From NCBI GenBank assembly GCA_003154195.1, contig PMCS01000024.1:28-64027 (forward strand): a stretch of 64,000 nt of DNA, in the 5' to 3' direction. Source of the stretch: Candidatus Omnitrophota bacterium (lineage in GTDB: Bacteria; Omnitrophota; Gorgyraeia; Duberdicusellales; 4484-171). The position numbers and the translations under genes were made by a program. The stretch's first letter is position 1, and the number at the start of each line of letters is the position of its first letter. The notes beneath the pieces were generated by a model, which saw only the letters and a program-made list of their open reading frames with translations, made no database searches and was not told the origin of the DNA. This document shows positions 57,518-64,000 of the stretch, piece after piece.

Positions 57518-57715
57518 TTAGTTCTTGGTTGTTTTTATAAAATATTCGACGGAACGGTCGTAAGTTTTTTCTGCTTGCGGCGTAAAAAAGCAACCGGGTA
57601 GTTCGCCGCTGCGGCGATGATATTCAACGCACTGGCAGCATACACCTTTACGGGGACATGGACTATAGGTACATGTGCAGTTTTTTATATTCTGCGGTTT
57701 ATTAAGGCAAGCCAT
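57518..57715 (-). CDS. small cysteine-rich conserved protein (DUF6485-like)
   Basis: CTCTY.PCPRKG.CC.C..YH....LPGCFF...AE.TYDRS. Confidence 0.7.
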   Translation of the reverse strand: MACLNKPQNIKNCTCTYSPCPRKGVCCQCVEYHRRSGELPGCFFTPQAEKTYDRSVEYFIKTTKN

Positions 57716-57764
57716 TTTATCCCGCACCCTATCAGGAAAACCGCCGGCTTCCGTCGACAAAGCT

Positions 57765-58259
57765 TCACTTTTTCACCAGTTGTTTTAATTGATTTCTGAG
57801 CTTTATCTTTTGAAAGAAACGCACCCGGTCGGTAAAAACAATCCCGTTGATATGGTCTATTTCGTGTTGAAAAATGACTGCCAGTGTATCATCAGCTTCA
57901 AGCTCTATCGGTTCGCCTTTTTCGTCAAGCGCGGAAAGCCAAACCTTTTTCGCGCGTTTTATTTCCAATTCGATTTCGGGAAAGCTGAGGCAGCCTTCAT
58001 TAAAAATTGTCCTGCCTTCCTTTTTAACGATAACCGGATTTATCAGCTTGAAGACACGGTCTTTTCCGTCTACGACAATCAGGCTTAAATCCACGCCGAC
58101 TTGATTTGCCGCTAAGCCAACGCCCTTGTTGATAACCATTACCGACCGCATTTCGTCAAGCAACTGTCTTATCCGGTCGTCGATTACCGTAACTTTCCGG
58201 CATTTTTTCTTTAAAATCTTTTCAGGCCAGGTGTGTAGTTTTAATTTTGTTTTCTCCAT
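57765..58259 (-). CDS. def: peptide deformylase
   Basis: GVGLAANQVG, EGCLS, QHEIDH. Confidence 0.95.
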   Translation of the reverse strand: MEKTKLKLHTWPEKILKKKCRKVTVIDDRIRQLLDEMRSVMVINKGVGLAANQVGVDLSLIVVDGKDRVFKLINPVIVKKEGRTIFNEGCLSFPEIELEIKRAKKVWLSALDEKGEPIELEADDTLAVIFQHEIDHINGIVFTDRVRFFQKIKLRNQLKQLVKK

Positions 58260-58584
58260 CGAGTTCGATGATTTTAGGTTTTAATTTTTTTATTTCTTTT
58301 TTAGAATAAAGGCCGTAAGAAATTATGATTATTTTATCACCTTTGTGGCCCAGCCGCGCGGAAGGCCCGTTCAAGCATATCACGCCGCTGTTTTTTTTAC
58401 CTTTTATCGCATAAGTTTGCAGCCGCGCGCCGTTATTGATATTCAATACGTCTACCCTTTCGTCTTCGGCCAAATCGGCGGATTTCATTATTGCTTCATC
58501 AATCGTTATACTACCGCGGTAATAAAGCTGGGCATCGGTTATCACCGCCGAGTGTATTTTTGATTTAAGCATTATCCGCAACAT
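58222..58584 (-). CDS. panD: aspartate 1-decarboxylase
   Basis: KSKIH, Y.GSITID, NG.R..TY.I, LNG..AR. Confidence 0.95.
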   Translation of the reverse strand: MLRIMLKSKIHSAVITDAQLYYRGSITIDEAIMKSADLAEDERVDVLNINNGARLQTYAIKGKKNSGVICLNGPSARLGHKGDKIIIISYGLYSKKEIKKLKPKIIELDGENKIKTTHLA

Positions 58585-58610
58585 GCGTACCTCCTAAAAA
58601 CGAAAATAAT

Positions 58611-58800
58611 TAACCACGAGATTCTATTTAAAAACCTAATCTAATACAATTTTAACCACGAGATTACACTGATTACACTGAAAAATACAAATTCCGATGC
58701 TCAAAAACCATCTGGAAACCAGTGAAATCTGTGTAATCATGTGGTTGCAGTTTTATTGTTTTTTTCAACCGCAAAATTATATCTAGAAAATCTGTGGTTG
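58611..58800. repeat. nested periodic-arm inverted repeats (9-nt units)
   Basis: aaccacgagatta-cactgatta-cactga ... cagtgaaatctgtgtaatcatgtggtt; outer aaccac/gtggtt pair. Confidence 0.75.
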
Positions 58801-58841
58801 ATTCTCTATTTTTCCTTATTTTATTTAACAGTACCAATTTT

Positions 58842-59921
58842 TTACTTATTAATTAACGCGTGCGTCAACGACGCAATCATCAGTTCTTCATCGGTAGGGA
58901 CAACCATGACTTTGGTTTTGGGCGCTATTTTACGTATATCTTTTTTAAATCGCTGGATCAGCCAGGGATTATTCTCCCCCACCCCGGCAGTAAAGCAAAC
59001 CGCGTCCGCTCCACCTAAGATAAGAAGATACGCTCCGATGTATTTTTTTATGCGGTATACATACATATCGATCGCGAGTTTCGCTCTAATATTACCGTTG
59101 GCCATTTCTTTGGTTATGGCGCGCACATCATTACTTACCCCTGATATGGCCAACAAACCGCTTTTACGATTGAGAATCTCATCCATCTGGCTTACGGATA
59201 ATTTATTCTTTTCCATGATGTGGAATACCGCCGCGGGATCGATATCGCCGCAGCGCGTCCCCATAATCAGCCCTTCCAGGGGCGTAAAACCCATTGAGGT
59301 GTCGATAGATTTTCCTTTATTGACCGCGGCAATACTGCAGCCATTTCCCAGGTGGCAGGTAATAATTTTAAGTTTATTCAAAGGTTTTTTGAGCCGTCTG
59401 GCCGCGGCATGCGCGACAAATTGGTGTGAAGTTCCATGGAAACCATACTTGCGGATACAATATTCCTGGTAATATTTCAGCGGTATCGCGTAAAGATAAG
59501 CATACTCCGGGATATTGTGGTGGAATGCCGTGTCGAAAATCGCAACCTGGGGCGTATTGGGCAAAGCTTCTTTGCAGGCGACGATCCCCGCTAAATTTGC
59601 GGGGTTATGCAGCGGCGCCAGATCCGAACATTCTTTGATCTTAGCAATGACCTCATCGTCGATCAAGTGAGGTTTTCTAAAGAATTCCGCTCCGTGCACG
59701 ACGCGATGGCCGATGGCGGAAATTTCCTGCAGGCTTAGAATTATTTTTTCGTTGACCAGCCGGAAAAGTAATTCGTTTATGCCGTCTCGGTGGTTGGCGA
59801 TGGGAGAATCTTTTTCGCCGATTTTTTCGATGACGCCTTTAAAAATAAATTTTTCCCTGGGGAATTCGTAGATTTTATATTTTATCGAGGAACTGCCGCA
59901 GTTGATGACTAATATTTTCAT
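58842..59921 (-). CDS. ackA: acetate kinase
   Basis: NCGSSSIK, GHRVVHG, APLHNP, FDTAFH, GFHGTSH, HLGNG, FTAGVGEN, PTDEE. Confidence 0.95.
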   Translation of the reverse strand: MKILVINCGSSSIKYKIYEFPREKFIFKGVIEKIGEKDSPIANHRDGINELLFRLVNEKIILSLQEISAIGHRVVHGAEFFRKPHLIDDEVIAKIKECSDLAPLHNPANLAGIVACKEALPNTPQVAIFDTAFHHNIPEYAYLYAIPLKYYQEYCIRKYGFHGTSHQFVAHAAARRLKKPLNKLKIITCHLGNGCSIAAVNKGKSIDTSMGFTPLEGLIMGTRCGDIDPAAVFHIMEKNKLSVSQMDEILNRKSGLLAISGVSNDVRAITKEMANGNIRAKLAIDMYVYRIKKYIGAYLLILGGADAVCFTAGVGENNPWLIQRFKKDIRKIAPKTKVMVVPTDEELMIASLTHALINK

Positions 59922-60016
59922 ATATTTTTTTACTCCGTAAAAAAAATATCCATATCCGCTTCGCGGATAAGAATTAAACTTTTAAAAATTTACATCTTTG
60001 AGGTAAAAAACAAAGT

Positions 60017-60979
60017 TTAAGAAACTTTTTTTTCTTGGGATTTTTTCTGGGCGCGGATTACTGTTATCGCGGTGCAATCAATTACGTCGTCGACGTCGCA
60101 ACCGCGCGAAAGGTCGCTGCAGGGCTGCACTGTGCCCAAGACTATCGGGCCGATTGCCCGGGCGTTAGCGAGACGCTGAGTTAACTTATAACAAATATTG
60201 CCGGCGTCAAGATTAGGGAAAATCAAAACATTCGCTTTACCCGCTACCGGGCTGTCACCCAATTTCTTTTTCGCGACGTCCGCCACCAGGGCCGCGTCGG
60301 CTTGTAATTCGCCGTCGATGGGAAATTCGTCGGTTTTCGATTTAGCGATGTCGACGGCTTCCTTTATTTTGTCCACCCACCTTCCTTCGGCGCTGCCTTT
60401 AGTGGAGAAACTTAACAGGGCGACGCGCGGCGGGTTAAACCCAAGGACATCCCTTCCAAAACGGGCGCTGGATATGGCGATGCCGGCCAGTTGCTCGCTG
60501 GTGGGATAAGGAATCACGCCGCAGTCGGCGTAGATAAAAACACCTTTTTCGCCGTAAGGGCAATTGGGAACGGCCATTATAAAGCAGCTTGAAATAAGGC
60601 CGACCGAGCGGTCGATTTCCAGGCAATTAATTGCCGCCTTAATGACCGCGGAGCTAGTCGCCACGGCGCCGGCGACGAAACCGTCGGCATAGCCGTAACG
60701 CGTCATCATCGAAGCGTAGTACAGAGGGTTTTCCATCAATTCTCGTGATTCTTCGATGGTCACGCCCTTCACCTGCTTGCGCTCGTAAAAGATATGGGCG
60801 AATTCGTCCTGTTTTTTCGGGTCAAGATTATCGTGGGAAAGGACAAGCGGTTGGGCGATTTTTTCTTTTTCGATGTATTTTATTGCCTGAAGGACCCGTT
60901 CGTCGCCGGCTTCAGGAAAAACTATTATTTTAGGATTTTTTTTTGCCGCCTCGCGTAAATTTATTGCAATCTCGTCCAT
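60017..60979 (-). CDS. pta: phosphate acetyltransferase
   Basis: VFPE, ADC, LSFSTKGS, DGELQADAAL, FPNLDAGNI.YK, DLSRG. Confidence 0.95.
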   Translation of the reverse strand: MDEIAINLREAAKKNPKIIVFPEAGDERVLQAIKYIEKEKIAQPLVLSHDNLDPKKQDEFAHIFYERKQVKGVTIEESRELMENPLYYASMMTRYGYADGFVAGAVATSSAVIKAAINCLEIDRSVGLISSCFIMAVPNCPYGEKGVFIYADCGVIPYPTSEQLAGIAISSARFGRDVLGFNPPRVALLSFSTKGSAEGRWVDKIKEAVDIAKSKTDEFPIDGELQADAALVADVAKKKLGDSPVAGKANVLIFPNLDAGNICYKLTQRLANARAIGPIVLGTVQPCSDLSRGCDVDDVIDCTAITVIRAQKKSQEKKVS

Positions 60980-61050
60980 GATACCTCCTTATAGCGAACA
61001 TTGGGAAAATTTCTGCTTATTATATCACCGGAAAATAAAAAATCCAAAGC

Positions 61051-62472
61051 TTATATTGAAAGCGCCGCCAAAATCGCTTTGTCTTTGATGGTTAAATAGG
61101 TGGCCCGGCTTATTAATTTTAAAATTTTTATGTTTTCGTGAAGCCTTTCCGGCATTATTCCGGATATATTTTCCCGGTATGCCGGTGACAACAAGAGAAG
61201 AAAAAACGTGTTTTTATCGCCGAACGCTGCCTGATAGGAATGATGATTCCAGTCGCTGCCGATAAAAACAAATATTTTTTTATCTTTAAACGCTTCTTGA
61301 AAAGAATCCCTGATTGATTTTATGACTCGGGCGTCGGGATAAAAATATAGTACGATCTCGATGAACAATGTGTCTTTTTTAATTTTTTGTTTTACCCGGT
61401 TTATCGTATCACTTAAGCTTAATGTTTCAAGCGCGGTTCCTTCTTCATTTTCCAATTTTTTCATTTCTTCTTTATATTTTTCCACAAAATCCTGCGTAAC
61501 AAAATTTATCCTGCGGAAAACCGAATAAAAAACTAAGAAAGACTGGAAAAAATACATTTGCGCCATGAGTTCGCTGACCGGGCTGGAAAAACGCATCCCC
61601 AGTTCAAGGGGCAAAAATAACGGCTCTTTTTTTTCGAACGGCTCCAGCGTCTTAACCGCCAGATTGCTTTTTGAGCCGAGCGATTCCTGAAATAGTTGCA
61701 CCACCCACGTGGTGAAATCCTCGGCGATTTTTTTGTTGACGAGCGGGTGGACAAACGCCCTATCCTGCTCATCGCATTTTTTTGCGAACTCGTATCCTTT
61801 TTCCCGAATGGCTTTTTGATTTTTAAAATAATTTTCGTATATCGCCTGCATTTTTTTTATATTTTTATTTAAGAGCAAATATAACGGGAGGTAAAATATC
61901 AAGGTATGCGGGCAGGAGAATCTTCCGCCAATATCACTTTCGCCATCCAGCTGGATGGGGTACTTCGCGGCTTCTTTCCAACCCAGGGAATCCAATTTTT
62001 CGAAAGCCTGCGGATCGGACAACCACAGGTAATGACTGTGCCAGTCCCGGCCGAAGAGTTCCTTAAGGGTGAGCGCGATAAGCTGGGTTTCTCTGGTTGT
62101 GCCTGATTTCGAGATGGGAATAACCAGGGTTCGTTCCCGGTCTTTTACTTTTCCCAGTAATTCTTCCAAGGCCTTAGGATCGAGGCTGTCGAGGGTATAT
62201 AACGAATGTTTTCCGAACAGTGGGAATAACGATTTTATCCCGTTAATCGAACCGCCGATTCCCACAAAGATAAAATTCGTTTTTCCTTCCAGGATGGGGT
62301 CGAGTTTTTTCAGGGCATTAACAATCGTCCCGAACATCACCCGCTTTGCCCATCCCAGCCGTTTCTTTTCGCCGTCAAACCCGATTATTTTATAAGGGTT
62401 GTCGATAGAAAGGTCGTTTTTTTCCTTTCCAATCGCGTCGCCGAGATATTTGTCTAAGATTTTGAATTCCAC
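61051..62472 (-). CDS. glucose-6-phosphate isomerase-like SIS domain protein (divergent)
   Basis: GIGGS, ISKSGTT.ET, IGGRFS, QL..ESLG; atypical C-terminal half. Confidence 0.6.
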   Translation of the reverse strand: MEFKILDKYLGDAIGKEKNDLSIDNPYKIIGFDGEKKRLGWAKRVMFGTIVNALKKLDPILEGKTNFIFVGIGGSINGIKSLFPLFGKHSLYTLDSLDPKALEELLGKVKDRERTLVIPISKSGTTRETQLIALTLKELFGRDWHSHYLWLSDPQAFEKLDSLGWKEAAKYPIQLDGESDIGGRFSCPHTLIFYLPLYLLLNKNIKKMQAIYENYFKNQKAIREKGYEFAKKCDEQDRAFVHPLVNKKIAEDFTTWVVQLFQESLGSKSNLAVKTLEPFEKKEPLFLPLELGMRFSSPVSELMAQMYFFQSFLVFYSVFRRINFVTQDFVEKYKEEMKKLENEEGTALETLSLSDTINRVKQKIKKDTLFIEIVLYFYPDARVIKSIRDSFQEAFKDKKIFVFIGSDWNHHSYQAAFGDKNTFFLLLLSPAYRENISGIMPERLHENIKILKLISRATYLTIKDKAILAALSI

Positions 62473-62475
62473 TGG

Positions 62476-63012
62476 AGCCCCACGGGATTACCCGTGGTAC
62501 CTCTAAATGCGCCCCCGTGGGGCGACGTCCCGTTCCGCTTTCCTGCCTCGCCGATGGCTCGGCAAGGCGGGCATCCCCCGCCTACCGGCGGGGGATGCCC
62601 GCTACGGGATAATAATTATTTTCCCCGCAAAGTTTCGCGGGGAAAATAATTATACCGCAAAAAACAAACCGCGCAAGATATAGATTAACTTTTGACAAAA
62701 TTGAAACTGTACCCTTGCGCTATGTTTTTACCCCTTCGCTATCGCTTCAGGGGTTCACCGCCTCCCGGGATAATTATATCAAGGAAGCGGGATCCCGCCG
62801 AATCCGACGAAGTCGGATGCAGGCGGGAAATTCGACTACCGCCTCACCATTCGCCCCCGCCATCCCATAGATGGCGAGGTCTCGTCAATTCGTTTAACGA
62901 ATTGACGGACTTCGCGCTTTGGCTCGGCGAAGTCTCATTATAAAAACATGGGGAATCCCGGTAACAATTTTTTGCCAAAGAGCGGTTTACCGTATTGCCG
63001 GGATTCCCCCAC
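62476..63012. repeat. dense array of about 10 REP-like palindromes
   Basis: ccacggg-atta-cccgtgg; catcccccgcc/ggcgggggatg; ataattattttccccgc/gcggggaaaataattat; gtcaattcgtt/aacgaattgac; ggggaatcccgg/ccgggattcccc. Confidence 0.75.
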
Positions 63013-63030
63013 CGGCAGGGAGACTTCAAG

Positions 63031-63999
63031 CTAATATTCGATACCATAACGAGCCGCCTCGGTTTTGATTGTTTCGCCGACCACGCTCTCGAAAGAAGCG
63101 ACGGCAGTATTTTCCGCCGGTTTTTCTTTCAGGTAGAGATTACGTTGCGCGCTGAGTTTATCGATTTCCTTTTTAATTGTTTCGCGCTGCTCTTGCTTTT
63201 TTTCCAGATATTGCTTCAGTTCCCAAGCGTCCATACCGCGTAAATCCTCTGGAAGCTCGGAAACCCCTAATGTTTCAACTTCAACCGCGTTAGTATGATG
63301 CTTATCCACGAGGTCGTAATCGGCCGTTATTTCGCTGTCCGCCTTATATAATGCCCGTTCCGCGGCAGAGGATGCCTCCATCTTGCTTGCGAGTTCGGTC
63401 CGAGCCGCGGCTTTACTGCGTACCGACGCAGAACCGTAGGCGACAATCGTTCCCTCCAATTCCCGGTTGAGCCGGGCCAAGCCAGTATCGAACGGCGTAG
63501 CAACAACGCGCATGCCCCCGTCTTGCTGAATACAGGCATACCGGCCTTCGCTTAATTTAGCGATTTCCTGCCAGAACGGCGTTGTTTCCGGGACACTGCC
63601 GCATTGGACAGTGTTGATAACGATGTTATCTGTCGCGGCCTCGCGGCATATTGCTTTATAATCGTAACCGTCACTGTAATCGGTATGCGGCGGACAATCT
63701 CCCACCAGAAAAATTATTTTAAGCGTCGTACGATCGTTACTCCACCTCATGCTATGCACCGCTTCATCCAGCGCCTTATTGACATGTTCCGGACTGTCTC
63801 CTCCGCCCTCGGCTTTAAACGACACCAGGTTTCCGTATACGGCGTCAATATCGTCGGTCAAAGGGAAAGTTTTGGTAACATAGGCATCTCCTTTATCCCG
63901 GTAGCCTACCAAGCCGATACTTATCCGTGGCGCTGGCTTTCCTTTCATAATCTGGTTGGCAATTGACCATATTTTTTGCTTGGCGCCTTCAATGAGCCC
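63031..63999 (-). CDS. von Willebrand factor A domain protein, 5' partial
   Basis: Frame is open to the window edge (GLIEGAKQKIWSIANQIM), GLVGYRD, GGGD.PE.V, LVGD.PPH. Confidence 0.85.
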   Translation of the reverse strand, partial: GLIEGAKQKIWSIANQIMKGKPAPRISIGLVGYRDKGDAYVTKTFPLTDDIDAVYGNLVSFKAEGGGDSPEHVNKALDEAVHSMRWSNDRTTLKIIFLVGDCPPHTDYSDGYDYKAICREAATDNIVINTVQCGSVPETTPFWQEIAKLSEGRYACIQQDGGMRVVATPFDTGLARLNRELEGTIVAYGSASVRSKAAARTELASKMEASSAAERALYKADSEITADYDLVDKHHTNAVEVETLGVSELPEDLRGMDAWELKQYLEKKQEQRETIKKEIDKLSAQRNLYLKEKPAENTAVASFESVVGETIKTEAARYGIEY

Positions 64000-64000
64000 G

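Noticed and set aside
58741-59472. 243-aa plus-strand ORF
   Set aside because: Antisense to ackA and starts inside a repeat.

Overview
64 kb of bacterial chromosome with almost all genes on the minus strand. The backbone is housekeeping: aroA, rluD, lspA, dksA, ileS, mtnP, proC, uup, a polyphosphate cluster (ppx, ppk1, CHAD, HD), rsmA, pdxA, surA, a shortened mfd, secDF, yajC, rpsP, trpE, hisI, hisF, trxB, def, panD, ackA, pta and one tRNA-Glu(CTC). Gene order and the type of large exported protein suggest a PVC-superphylum organism, probably Omnitrophota; this is inference and untested. Four things stand out. (1) A 1763-aa exported protein (7462-12753) consists of an N-terminal domain followed by about 8 unrelated modules of 110-260 aa. 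These are separated by (A/S)-S-P linkers, most encoded by the same DNA heptamer CCAGCCC, and the gene sits between aroA and a diverged duplicate of the aroA 5' end. It looks like a cassette-assembled polyprotein on an inserted segment. (2) At least 17 inverted-repeat elements have arms made of degenerate tandem units of period 6 to 10. They include near-identical dispersed copies, nested copies, a pair enclosing a cargo gene, and one inserted in frame in hisF. (3) A ~110-125 bp element with IS200/IS605-like ends occurs three times and shows compensatory base changes across crossed helices. (4) An island bracketed by a duplicated promoter encodes a fibre-like protein plus a gingipain (C25) protease whose propeptide is a separate gene. 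No CRISPR array, rRNA, transposase, integrase or reverse transcriptase is visible. All product calls come from motif recognition by eye; no searches were run.
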